NCBI RefSeq assembly: GCF_003334405.1
Contig: NZ_QOWM01000001.1
Source of the DNA: Escherichia coli
GTDB taxonomy: Bacteria; Pseudomonadota; Gammaproteobacteria; Enterobacterales; Enterobacteriaceae
Strand: one strand, 5' to 3'
Length of the DNA: 64,000 nt
Shown here: piece by piece, positions 22,961 to 32,098 of the stretch
How positions within the stretch are numbered: the stretch's first letter is position 1
Layout: every line of letters starts with the position of its first letter
The notes under the pieces: generated by a model
Databases searched by the model: none
The model's input: only the letters and a program-made list of their open reading frames with translations
Told to the model about the DNA's origin: nothing
Made by a program: the position numbers and the translations under genes

Positions 22961-23740
22961 ATGACGATGAATTCATTCGAGCGAAGGAATAAGATCATCC
23001 AATTAGTGAATGAACAGGGAACCGTGCTTGTTCAGGATCTGGCGGGAGTATTTGCTGCCTCGGAAGCGACAATCCGTGCCGATTTGCGCTTTCTCGAACA
23101 AAAAGGCGTGGTTACGCGCTTTCATGGCGGTGCGGCGAAAATAATGTCCGGTAATAGTGAAACCGAGACCCAGGAAGTCGGGTTTAAAGAGCGATTTCAG
23201 CTCGCCAGCGCGCCGAAAAACAGAATAGCGCAGGCGGCAGTCAAAATGATCCATGAAGGGATGACCGTTATTCTCGACAGCGGAAGTACCACAATGCTTA
23301 TCGCCGAAGGATTAATGACCGCCAAAAATATCACGGTGATTACCAACAGTCTCCCGGCTGCGTTTGCCCTTTCCGAAAATAAAGACATTACTCTGGTCGT
23401 CTGCGGTGGCACGGTCCGCCATAAAACGCGATCTATGCATGGATCTATTGCTGAACGTTCCCTGCAGGATATTAATGCCGATTTAATGTTTGTCGGTGCT
23501 GATGGTATTGATGCGGTTAATGGTATTACGACCTTTAATGAAGGTTATTCGATTAGCGGTGCGATGGTCACCGCCGCTAATAAAGTGATTGCCGTTCTCG
23601 ATTCATCGAAATTTAATCGTCGCGGTTTTAATCAGGTACTGCCAATCGAAAAAATTGACATTATTATTACCGATGATGCTGTATCAGAGGTGGATAAACT
23701 GGCATTGCAGAAGACACGGGTAAAATTAATTACGGTGTAG
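22961..23740 (+). CDS. gatR: DeoR-family repressor of the gat operon (intact)
   Basis: 259 aa (alternative start 22967 MNSFERR...); N-terminal HTH plus sugar-binding domain; no interruption by an insertion sequence. Confidence 0.9.
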   Translation: MTMNSFERRNKIIQLVNEQGTVLVQDLAGVFAASEATIRADLRFLEQKGVVTRFHGGAAKIMSGNSETETQEVGFKERFQLASAPKNRIAQAAVKMIHEGMTVILDSGSTTMLIAEGLMTAKNITVITNSLPAAFALSENKDITLVVCGGTVRHKTRSMHGSIAERSLQDINADLMFVGADGIDAVNGITTFNEGYSISGAMVTAANKVIAVLDSSKFNRRGFNQVLPIEKIDIIITDDAVSEVDKLALQKTRVKLITV

Positions 23741-23750
23741 TATTGTTCTG

Positions 23751-23786
23751 TATGCCGGATAAGGTATTTACACCGCATCCGGCATT
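23751..23786. repeat. REP element
   Basis: tgccggataaggtatttacaccgcatccggca palindromic unit between convergent gatR and yegS. Confidence 0.75.
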
Positions 23787-23821
23787 TCGGATTCTCCCTG
23801 GTTCAAGAGAGAATAGTTTGA

Positions 23822-24721
23822 TTAACGCAATAATGGACAATCTGGTGGTAATCGACAACGCAACGCCGCCGGAAGTATTTCAATATGAAAGTTTTGTCCG
23901 CTCAACGGTTCGCCATCAAGATTAAAAGTGATTTCGTGTGGGGCTTGTATATCAAACCACGACGAAGCGCCTTCGATAATATTCGGGTTATCTTCGTCAG
24001 ATTTTAAGGTTGATACGAGAGCCGGAAGAATTTCATCGCCGGTAAAAATGCGCAGTTGCAGCAAGCCATCGTTAATTAACGCGTTCGGACACAATTGCTG
24101 ACCGCCACCGGCCTGACGCCCGTTACCAATACCAATGACCAGGGCGTCACCTTGCCAGTGAAAGTTTTCACCGCGGATTTCACAACGGTCCGGTTGCAGA
24201 GTATCCATGCGCATTAAGCCATGAATGATGTAAGAGACGCCACCCAGCGCGGCTTTTAATTTTTCCGGCGTTTCTGTGGTAATACGCGTCCCAAATCCGC
24301 CTGTCGCCATATTAATAAAACAGGTTTGTTTGTTGACCTGCGCCATATCTATCGCAATGGCGTTACCGGCAATTGCCAGTTTCAGCGCCTTATCCAGTGC
24401 CTCAGGAATCCCTACACTGGTGGCAAAATCATTGGCGGTTCCTAATGGCAAAATTCCCAGCGCGGGTATGCCATCCCCCTCACACTGAATCAACGCTGTA
24501 GAAACTTCATTAATGGTGCCATCGCCACCACCGGCAATCACCGTTGCGACGTCCAACTTCCGGGCCTCCTCTACATATCGTGCGGCATCGCCTTTCTCCC
24601 AGGTGACCCGCACATGGATCGTCATTCCTTCCTCACGCAACAGCATAATTGCTTCGCGCAAGGGTAGATTGTCAGTACTTTTGCCATTAAGAATCAGTAA
24701 GCTGGCGGGAAATTCTGCCAT
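23822..24721 (-). CDS. yegS: lipid kinase YegS (DAGK catalytic-domain family)
   Basis: 299 aa [32 protein letters not shown]...; GGDGT motif. Confidence 0.93.
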   Translation of the reverse strand: MAEFPASLLILNGKSTDNLPLREAIMLLREEGMTIHVRVTWEKGDAARYVEEARKLDVATVIAGGGDGTINEVSTALIQCEGDGIPALGILPLGTANDFATSVGIPEALDKALKLAIAGNAIAIDMAQVNKQTCFINMATGGFGTRITTETPEKLKAALGGVSYIIHGLMRMDTLQPDRCEIRGENFHWQGDALVIGIGNGRQAGGGQQLCPNALINDGLLQLRIFTGDEILPALVSTLKSDEDNPNIIEGASSWFDIQAPHEITFNLDGEPLSGQNFHIEILPAALRCRLPPDCPLLR

Positions 24722-25126
24722 GATCGTATGTGCCTTTATGATTGGTCTGTAGATAGTGTAGAGCAGAAAACAAAAGGTGGAGTCAGAACAGGATGAAAGT
24801 CGGAGGATAAAAAGTCAGTTCAAGTATGGAGGATTCAGTGGTTACCACCAGGAGCTTGCAATGGGGACAGCGAATACTAACGGCTGCCACCGATAAATTT
24901 CAAAAAAGAGCATATACCTAATATTCAACTAAACAGTGGCATCTTCAATATAATATATTAAAGCCCCCATGGAGTTACCCTGAAGGGCCTCAATGTCCGT
25001 AATTCCTACTTATGTAGGAAATGTTGTACAGAACATTTATTATAATCCTATTCAATTATAATAATCATGCCATTATTATATTTAAACACTAGAGAGTGTC
25101 GTTGGTATTTAATGGGGGAAGGTGAG

Positions 25127-25444
25127 ATGAAAAAGATAGCTGCTATATCATTAATTAGTATTTTTCTTATATCTGGTTGTGCTGTGCATAATGATGAAAC
25201 AAGTATCGGTAAATTTGGTCTTGCATATAAAAGTAATATTCAGCGTAAACTCGATAACCAATACTACACCGAAGCCGAAGCTTCTTTAGCCAGGGGTAGA
25301 ATATCTGGTGCAGAAAATATAGTAAAAAATGATGCAGCCCATTTCTGTGTTACTCAGGGCAAAAAAATGCAGATAGTTGACCTGAAGACAGAAGGTGCAG
25401 GATTACATGGCGTCGCTCGTCTGACATTCAAATGTGGAGAGTGA
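25127..25444 (+). CDS. yegR: small lipoprotein YegR
   Basis: ORF 25067..25444; probable start MKKIAAISLISIFLISGCAV with lipobox (LISGC); 105 aa. Confidence 0.8.
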   Translation: MKKIAAISLISIFLISGCAVHNDETSIGKFGLAYKSNIQRKLDNQYYTEAEASLARGRISGAENIVKNDAAHFCVTQGKKMQIVDLKTEGAGLHGVARLTFKCGE

Positions 25445-25601
25445 GAATATTTTTTGGTAAGCATCAAACATGCGCGTTCTGGTTGTGCTTAGCCGGAACC
25501 TGTGCGAGCACGATGCCGTTACGTGAAAGGCATCGTGCTATGAAGGGAGATTCTATCGATGTGGTCAATGGAAGACGGTGACCAGGGATAGGGCTTATGC
25601 A

Positions 25602-25628
25602 TAAAAAATAAGCCCGTGTAAGGGAGAT
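25602..25628. other. 27 bp sequence matching the phage P2 attachment core (unoccupied attB)
   Basis: aaaaaataagcccgtgtaagggagatt overlaps the 3' end of cyaR; no P2-derived genes (ogrK/yegZ) between cyaR and yegR. Confidence 0.6.
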
Positions 25629-25688
25629 TACACAGGCTAAGGAGGTGGTTCCTGGTACAGCTAGCATTTTATGGGTTATGTTTTTCAG
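25602..25688 (-). ncRNA. cyaR: CRP-activated Hfq-dependent sRNA CyaR (RyeE)
   Basis: Reverse complement reads GCTGAAAAACATAACCCATAAAATGCTAGCTGTACCAGGAACCACCTCCTTAGCCTGTGTAATCTCCCTTACACGGGCTTATTTTTT, matching the CyaR sequence, ending in a terminator hairpin and U-run; TGTGA half-site about 40 bp upstream of the 5' end. Confidence 0.9.
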
Positions 25689-25773
25689 CGAAACGGATGA
25701 TAACCTTAATAAATGCAGCTGTATGTGATCGGTTTCTAAGAATTTTCCATCCGGGAAAAATAATCGAAATTAA

Positions 25774-27135
25774 TCACTTACCGTGGGGATTACGCGTGGT
25801 TTCCCCGGAGAAATTACGCATCAGCAGCGCGTAATTGAGCTCAAGATCCTGCGGGACCGGGAGCCACACAGTATAACCATCGCCTGGTGCTATCGGCATA
25901 GCTTCGCCTTTGGCGTTTTCCATGTGCTCAAGGGTAAAATTAATGTTGCCTTGCGGCGTCATCAGCTCAAGGCTGTCGCCAACGGAGAATTTATTTTTCA
26001 CCGCTACCGCCGCGAGGTCCCCCTTGCGCTCACCGGTAAACTCACCAACAAACTGCTGGCGGTCAGAAACTGAATAACCGTATTCGTAGTTCTGATAATC
26101 GTCGTGAGTATGACGACGCAGGAAACCTTCGGTATAGCCACGATGCGCCAGACCTTCCAGAGTTTCCAGCAGGCTGGTATCGAACGGTTTTCCCGCAGCG
26201 GCGTCATCGATAGCTTTGCGGTAAACCTGTGCGGTGCGTGCACAATAGTAGAAAGATTTGGTACGACCTTCGATTTTCAGCGAATGCACGCCCATTTTGG
26301 TCAGGCGTTCTACATGGGCGATGGCGCGCAGATCTTTCGAGTTCATGATGTAAGTGCCGTGCTCATCTTCAAACGCGGTCATATACTCGCCCGGACGCTG
26401 GGCCTCTTCGATCATAAACACTTTGTCGGTTGGTGCGCCGATACCCAGCGTCGGCTCAACATTTTGCACCGGAATCGGCTCGTACTTGTGTACGATGTTG
26501 CCAACATCATCTTCTTTCCCTTCCTGGACGTTGTACTCCCAGCGGCAGGCGTTGGTGCAGGTGCCCTGGTTCGGGTCGCGCTTGTTGATATAGCCAGAGA
26601 GCAGGCAGCGACCGGAGTAGGCCATGCACAGCGCGCCGTGAACGAAGATCTCGATCTCCATATCCGGCACCTGATTGCGGATCTCTTCAATCTCTTCCAG
26701 CGACAGCTCGCGAGAGAGGATCACGCGGGTCAGGCCCATTTGCTGCCAGAATTTCACCGTCGCCCAGTTCACGGCGTTAGCCTGCACCGAAAGGTGGATC
26801 GGCATTTCAGGGAAGTGCTCACGCACCAGCATAATCAGCCCTGGATCGGACATAATCAGCGCATCCGGCCCCATTTCCACCACCGGTTTCAGGTCACGGA
26901 TAAAGGTTTTCAGCTTGGCGTTGTGCGGTGCAATGTTGACCACGACATAAAACTTTTTCCCCAGCGCGTGGGCTTCATTGATGCCGAGCTGAAGATTTTC
27001 GTGGTTGAATTCGTTGTTGCGCACACGCAGGGAATAACGCGGCTGGCCCGCATAAACAGCATCTGCGCCATAAGCGAAAGCGTAACGCATATTTTTCAGT
27101 GTTCCCGCCGGGGAAAGGAGTTCCGGTTTAAACAT
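25774..27135 (-). CDS. trhP: peptidase U32-family protein (YegQ/TrhP, tRNA U34 hydroxylation factor)
   Basis: 453 aa MFKPELLSPAGTLKNMRYAFAYGADAVYAGQPRYSLRVRNNEF... Confidence 0.92.
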   Translation of the reverse strand: MFKPELLSPAGTLKNMRYAFAYGADAVYAGQPRYSLRVRNNEFNHENLQLGINEAHALGKKFYVVVNIAPHNAKLKTFIRDLKPVVEMGPDALIMSDPGLIMLVREHFPEMPIHLSVQANAVNWATVKFWQQMGLTRVILSRELSLEEIEEIRNQVPDMEIEIFVHGALCMAYSGRCLLSGYINKRDPNQGTCTNACRWEYNVQEGKEDDVGNIVHKYEPIPVQNVEPTLGIGAPTDKVFMIEEAQRPGEYMTAFEDEHGTYIMNSKDLRAIAHVERLTKMGVHSLKIEGRTKSFYYCARTAQVYRKAIDDAAAGKPFDTSLLETLEGLAHRGYTEGFLRRHTHDDYQNYEYGYSVSDRQQFVGEFTGERKGDLAAVAVKNKFSVGDSLELMTPQGNINFTLEHMENAKGEAMPIAPGDGYTVWLPVPQDLELNYALLMRNFSGETTRNPHGK

Positions 27136-27237
27136 AATTCTCTCGTTCTGATGACAGGTCAGATCCGCTTCACCTGATGAAGCGGTTAGGGGAGTGCCCC
27201 CACTTTAAGGGCGGGCATTGTAGCGCAATCGGCGGGT

Positions 27238-27534
27238 TTAGCTCCAGTGTAAATGTCTGGTGGCGTCCTGGTTTTGGTTAAGGATACGAATGACGATAAT
27301 TTCCCCTGGTGATTGCAGGAAATAAATGACGTGGCGTTCAAAAGGAAGAACAAAAATACCTTCGCCTAATTCAGGTCTGGGCGTACCTATATTATTGTTA
27401 CTCAGAATCTGGAGAACGTCTGAAAGATGTTCCACATATCTGTCGGCTTGTGGTTCGCCGAAATGGTGATAGCTGTAATACCAGATGCCTTCTAAATCCT
27501 CATTGGCTTTTGGCATGAGTTTAATAATACGCAC
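27238..27534 (-). CDS. ParE/RelE-superfamily type II toxin
   Basis: 98 aa MRIIKLMPKANEDLEGIWYYSYHHFGEPQADRYVEHLSDVLQILSNNNIGTPRPELGEGIFVLPFERHVIYFLQSPGEIIVIRILNQ...; ParE-like size and pattern; starts 1 nt after the upstream antitoxin stop. Confidence 0.8.
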   Translation of the reverse strand: MRIIKLMPKANEDLEGIWYYSYHHFGEPQADRYVEHLSDVLQILSNNNIGTPRPELGEGIFVLPFERHVIYFLQSPGEIIVIRILNQNQDATRHLHWS

Positions 27535-27535
27535 A

Positions 27536-27787
27536 TTATTTCCTTATCCCTGCTTTCACCTTCCGTAAGAACGCGTCCTTTTCCCACGGCTGAGCTTCAC
27601 CACTACTCAACCCTTCTGCGAGCATGTCACGTAACGCTTGCAGGCGAGACTCTGCTTGCTTTTCTCGAAGTAATCGCAGTGACTCACGGATCACTTCGCT
27701 TTGGGTGCGATAGTCGCCGGATTCAATTAAGGACTCGATAAATTCACGCAACTCATCGCCGAGATCAACCGTCATCGTTCTGGCCAT
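27536..27787 (-). CDS. ParD-like ribbon-helix-helix antitoxin
   Basis: ORF 27536..27832; likely start MARTMTVDLGDELREFIESLIESGDYRTQSEVIRESLRLLREKQ... (GGCGGG 8 nt upstream); RHH antitoxin pattern. Confidence 0.75.
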   Translation of the reverse strand: MARTMTVDLGDELREFIESLIESGDYRTQSEVIRESLRLLREKQAESRLQALRDMLAEGLSSGEAQPWEKDAFLRKVKAGIRK

Positions 27788-28040
27788 TTTACGCCCGCCT
27801 GTAAGTAAAAATCTTACATCAGTGTATGTCATAAACCGGATAGCGTCACGAAAGTATTAGAAGATATTTTGGCACATGAACATGTTCAGGAGGATAAGTA
27901 TGGGATGGTAAACAAAGAAAGCACAACGAGTGCTCGTCAGTGCCCACTATTTTAATGGCGGCGGTTACTCTTAATTATTAATAACTAAGCGTTATTTGGA
28001 TATAAAGCCGGACGCCAACAACCCACGCCCGGCATCGTAA

Positions 28041-28373
28041 TTACGTATTGTCTTTCACCGTCTGGCTTGTGCCATTGGCTTTAACGGAGGCAATTCCGGT
28101 TTCACGAGATTGCGCGGTGGCGTACATCTGGCTGGAGCCGATAATTTGATGATTAGCGGCTTTCAGATTGAAATAGAATTTGCCGTTACTTGCCGTTTTT
28201 TTCTCATAGCGTTCTTCTTGCGGGCTGTTGCTACGCACCGACGCGATGCCCTTTTCCGCAGAGGCTTTTGATGTATACAGCTCGCTGGTGAGGATAGTCT
28301 CACCATTGCCCGCTTTTAGCACAAACCGGAACTGATTATCACTGCTCTTACTGAGTTCAAACCAACCAGCCAT
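28041..28373 (-). CDS. yegP: UPF0339/DUF1508 tandem-repeat protein YegP
   Basis: ORF 28041..28412; product from MAGWFELSKSSDNQFRFVLKAGNGE... with an internal duplication (FRFVLKAGNGE / FYFNLKAANHQ). Confidence 0.88.
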   Translation of the reverse strand: MAGWFELSKSSDNQFRFVLKAGNGETILTSELYTSKASAEKGIASVRSNSPQEERYEKKTASNGKFYFNLKAANHQIIGSSQMYATAQSRETGIASVKANGTSQTVKDNT

Positions 28374-28563
28374 AATGACTCCTTGATTGAAATTGTGTAT
28401 CGAAAACAGCATCTAAAGGTGCTGTTTACCGATTAAAGTATGAGCGATTTTCTGATGCCTGCCAGGGCGGAGAGATAATGTCAGTTTGCTGACCATGCGT
28501 GGGATAATGTTGCCGGATCGGGTCTGAACGCCATCTCCGGCTAACAAAATAATGTCGCTAAAA

Positions 28564-29286
28564 CTAAACGATGCGGCAGGCGTCGGCTTCCCAGCGGTAA
28601 CCGACGCTGTAAACGGCGCGGATAAATGACTGTTCGGCGTCGAGAGATTCCAGCTTGCGGCGCAGGTTTTTAATGTGGCTGTCGATGGTGCGGTCGGTTA
28701 CTACGCGGTAGTCGTCATAAAGATGATTGAGCAAATGCTCGCGGGAGAACACTTTTCCTGGTTCATGAGAGAGCGTTTTCAGCAGACGAAATTCCGCAGG
28801 CGTCAGGTCAAGCATTTTACCGCGCCATGAAGCCTGAAAACGACCTTCGTCGATAATCAACGGGCTTTCAGCATCCTGTTGCTGCAACTCGCGCTGCGGT
28901 TTGCAACGGCGCAAAATGGTTTTGACGCGCGCTACCACTTCCCGTGGGCTGTACGGCTTACAGATATAATCATCTGCGCCAATCTCCAGCCCCAGCAGGC
29001 GATCGATCTCTTCGATTTTTGCCGTCACCATCACGATCGGAATGTCAGAAAAACGACGAATTTCCCGGCACAGCGTCAGGCCATCGGTGCCAGGGAGCAT
29101 CAGATCTAACAGGATCAGATCCGGTGGTGTCTGGCGCACATACGGCAGTACCTGATCGCCGTGGCTGATAAGCGTCGGCGCATAGCTCGCAGCACGCAGA
29201 TAATCAATGAGCAACTGCCCCAGCTTCGGTTCATCTTCCACGATCAAAATACGCGGTGTGTTTTCGTCGATTGGTAACTCGGTCAT
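28564..29286 (-). CDS. baeR: envelope-stress response regulator BaeR (OmpR family)
   Basis: 240 aa [26 protein letters not shown]...; receiver plus winged-helix domains. Confidence 0.95.
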   Translation of the reverse strand: MTELPIDENTPRILIVEDEPKLGQLLIDYLRAASYAPTLISHGDQVLPYVRQTPPDLILLDLMLPGTDGLTLCREIRRFSDIPIVMVTAKIEEIDRLLGLEIGADDYICKPYSPREVVARVKTILRRCKPQRELQQQDAESPLIIDEGRFQASWRGKMLDLTPAEFRLLKTLSHEPGKVFSREHLLNHLYDDYRVVTDRTIDSHIKNLRRKLESLDAEQSFIRAVYSVGYRWEADACRIV

Positions 29287-30686
29287 ACTTCTCTCTGTAA
29301 ATCCCGTTCCAGCGGTAACTCTACTGTAATGCTTACCCCGCCAAAAGGCGAATGGGCAGCAATAATGCGACCATTATGTGCTTCAACAATGTTCAGGCAA
29401 ATCGCCAGCCCCAGCCCGGAACCGCCGCTGGCACGGTTGCGGGAACCTTCGGTGCGATAAAAACGTTCAAACAATTTTTGTAGCTGATCGTCACTGACAC
29501 CTGGCGCACTGTCGGCAAAGGTCAGGCGCACCGTTTTGTCGCGCTGCCCGGCAGAGATTTGCAGGCTGCCGCCGCTGTCAGTGTAGCGCAGGCTGTTTTC
29601 CAGTAAGTTATTGAATAACTGCATTAAACGGTCGCGATCGCCAAATACGGTAATACTGTCTGGCAGGGAAAATTGCAGTTTCAGGCCACGACTGGCGAAT
29701 CGTTCGCGAAATGCGCCGCCCGCCACTTCCAGCAGTGGGATCAAATCTACCGGTGCTTTTTGATAGGCGAGAGCGCCTTCATCAGACATCGACAACTGAT
29801 GGAGATCGTCAACCAGTTTGGTCAGTGTACCGACCTCCGCCTGTAAAGACGCCACCGTCTCCGGCGTGAATTTACGCACGCCATCCTGAATGGCTTCCAG
29901 TTCACCGCGCAGCACCGCTAATGGCGTACGCAGTTCGTGAGAAATATCGGCCATAAAATCGCGCCGCATTTGCTGGTTTTTCTCCAGTGTGCTGGCAAGC
30001 TGGTTGAAGTCTTGCGCCAGTTTGCCCAGTTCATCTTCACTGGTGGGCGTTACGCGGGTAGTGAAATCGCCCGCCGCCAGTTTGTGCGTGCCATCGACAA
30101 GTCGTTTTACCGGTGCCAGTAAACCGCGCGCCAGCAGAAAAGTGGCAAGTGCCGCGAGTAACGTTGCCAGGGCGACAATCAACCAGCTGGTTTGCCGCTG
30201 TTGTTTATCGAAATTGATATCAGTATTGCGCGTTAACCGCTCAACGGGGGAGGCGATCACCGCGCCAACTTCCGCACCGTTGACCAGAATGGGTCGCCGT
30301 GTACCGTCAGGTGGAATCGGCGCTCGCGGACCAACCAGCACTTTGTTGTTTTGATCAACCACCCAGAACTGGGTACGCCAGCCGTGCGGTGGCATACCCG
30401 GGCCGGGTTTATCTTCCGAATTATCGTGTTCAAATGAACGCAGGATCTGAAAGACAAAGCGATCATTGTTGCGCAGGAAGCGCCAGTTGCCATGCTGCGC
30501 ATACTGCTCGCCAAGCGCATCACTTAACAGTTGTAATCGCTGTTCATTACCATGCTTGATGTAATCAATAAAGCCACGCTCAAAACTGATACGCACCGCC
30601 CAGTGCATACTGATCAGCAAGACAATGCAGGTGGCGAAAATCGCCAGAAACAGTTTGCCGGTAATACCGGGTCGCCAGAACTTCAT
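29283..30686 (-). CDS. baeS: sensor histidine kinase BaeS
   Basis: 467 aa; two TM segments, HAMP, H-box (ISHELRTPL), HATPase. Confidence 0.95.
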   Translation of the reverse strand: MKFWRPGITGKLFLAIFATCIVLLISMHWAVRISFERGFIDYIKHGNEQRLQLLSDALGEQYAQHGNWRFLRNNDRFVFQILRSFEHDNSEDKPGPGMPPHGWRTQFWVVDQNNKVLVGPRAPIPPDGTRRPILVNGAEVGAVIASPVERLTRNTDINFDKQQRQTSWLIVALATLLAALATFLLARGLLAPVKRLVDGTHKLAAGDFTTRVTPTSEDELGKLAQDFNQLASTLEKNQQMRRDFMADISHELRTPLAVLRGELEAIQDGVRKFTPETVASLQAEVGTLTKLVDDLHQLSMSDEGALAYQKAPVDLIPLLEVAGGAFRERFASRGLKLQFSLPDSITVFGDRDRLMQLFNNLLENSLRYTDSGGSLQISAGQRDKTVRLTFADSAPGVSDDQLQKLFERFYRTEGSRNRASGGSGLGLAICLNIVEAHNGRIIAAHSPFGGVSITVELPLERDLQREV

Positions 30687-32098
30687 TGCGCGCTCCTTTT
30701 TCGCCGCGAAATAGCTACATTTTGATGCGTATCGTTCGGCACTCTGGCAAAGATGAACGCCGGAAGGGCGATGATCAACGCCATGCTAAGCCAGGTGTAG
30801 ATAAAGACGGTTTGTGTGGTGCCGCTGTCGACGCTGACATGCTGTGAACCAAAAAGTCCCAGCAACAGCCCGGCGATAGTGACGCCGATACTCATCGACA
30901 ATTGCATAATCATCGACAGCAGGCTGTTGCCGCTGCTCGCCAGATTGTCCGGGAGATCTTTCAGCGTCAGGGTGTTCATGGAGGAGAAACGCGTCGAGTT
31001 GACCATCCCTTGTAAAAACAGGACGAACGGCAAAACGTAGTACCAGCCCAGCAGGGCGGTAGTCATAAACAACAGGGTGACCAGCGACAGGCCAAGCGTG
31101 GTTGCCACCAGTACCCGACGATAGCCAAAGCGATTCACCACCTGTACCACAATTCGCTTCATCCCCATGCTGCCGAGCACCATCGGGATCATCATCAGTC
31201 CGGCATGAAAAGGCGAGAAACCGAGGCCAATTTGCAGGAAAACCGGTGTCATAAAGGGCAACATGCCACTGCCAATACGTCCGGCAAAGCTCCCCGCCAG
31301 GCCCAGCGAAAAGGTACGAGTACGGAACAGTTTCAGACTGAACAGGGCACGGTTGTTATTTCTGGCGTGCAGCAGATAAAGCACCAGTGCCACCACGCCA
31401 ACTGCGACCAGGCCAGCAATCGCCAGCGGCGATAAACCTGTAACTTTACTGCCGTCCAGCGCCAGGGTTAATACCGCCATGCCAACCGCCAGCAATAAAA
31501 ATCCGGAGAGATCAAAGCGCCGCGTCTGCATGGTGTAGTTCGGCATTAACAGCAATGTGGCGATCGCACCGATAATCCCCACCGGAATGTTGATCAAAAA
31601 GATCCAGTGCCACGACGCGTACTCCACCAGCAGACCGCCGAGCGCCGGACCGAGCAGCGGACCGACCTGACCGGGTAACGTGACAAAGGTCATCGCCGCC
31701 ATATATTGCTCGCGCGGTACGATTTTCATCACCGTCAATCTGCCGACCGGCACCATCATCGCGCCGCCAACGCCCTGTAACGCGCGTGCCAGCAACAGTT
31801 CGTTCAGCGTGCCGGAAAGCGCGCAAAACAGTGAACCGAGAGTAAACAGCACGATGGCGGTAAAGAAAATATTGCGCACGCCGACTTTGTCCGCCAGCCA
31901 GCCGCTGGCGGGCAGCATCACCGCCACGGTCAGCACATAAGAGACAATGACCATGTGCATATGCAACGGACTTTCCCCGAGGCTTTGCGCCATTGAGGGA
32001 AGGGCGGTGTTTACGATGGTGGTGTCCAGCGACTGCATAAAGAAGCCGAAAGCCACAATCCACAATTGCCAACGGGTGCTGTCGGGAAGATCTGTCAT
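30683..32098 (-). CDS. mdtD: MFS transporter MdtD
   Basis: 471 aa [41 protein letters not shown]... Confidence 0.95.
   Translation of the reverse strand: MTDLPDSTRWQLWIVAFGFFMQSLDTTIVNTALPSMAQSLGESPLHMHMVIVSYVLTVAVMLPASGWLADKVGVRNIFFTAIVLFTLGSLFCALSGTLNELLLARALQGVGGAMMVPVGRLTVMKIVPREQYMAAMTFVTLPGQVGPLLGPALGGLLVEYASWHWIFLINIPVGIIGAIATLLLMPNYTMQTRRFDLSGFLLLAVGMAVLTLALDGSKVTGLSPLAIAGLVAVGVVALVLYLLHARNNNRALFSLKLFRTRTFSLGLAGSFAGRIGSGMLPFMTPVFLQIGLGFSPFHAGLMMIPMVLGSMGMKRIVVQVVNRFGYRRVLVATTLGLSLVTLLFMTTALLGWYYVLPFVLFLQGMVNSTRFSSMNTLTLKDLPDNLASSGNSLLSMIMQLSMSIGVTIAGLLLGLFGSQHVSVDSGTTQTVFIYTWLSMALIIALPAFIFARVPNDTHQNVAISRRKRSAQ

Noticed and set aside
22900-23000. Looked for an insertion sequence or transposase interrupting gatR or elsewhere in the window
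   Set aside because: No transposase-like ORF or terminal inverted repeats found; gatR reads through uninterrupted.
25464-25667. 67 aa ORF on the - strand
   Set aside because: Overlaps the CyaR sRNA and its terminator; the locus is explained by the sRNA and the P2 att core.
26104-27177. 357 aa ORF on the + strand
   Set aside because: Fully antisense to yegQ/trhP, whose frame gives a coherent peptidase U32 protein; the antisense frame is His/Arg/Val-rich with no recognisable domain.
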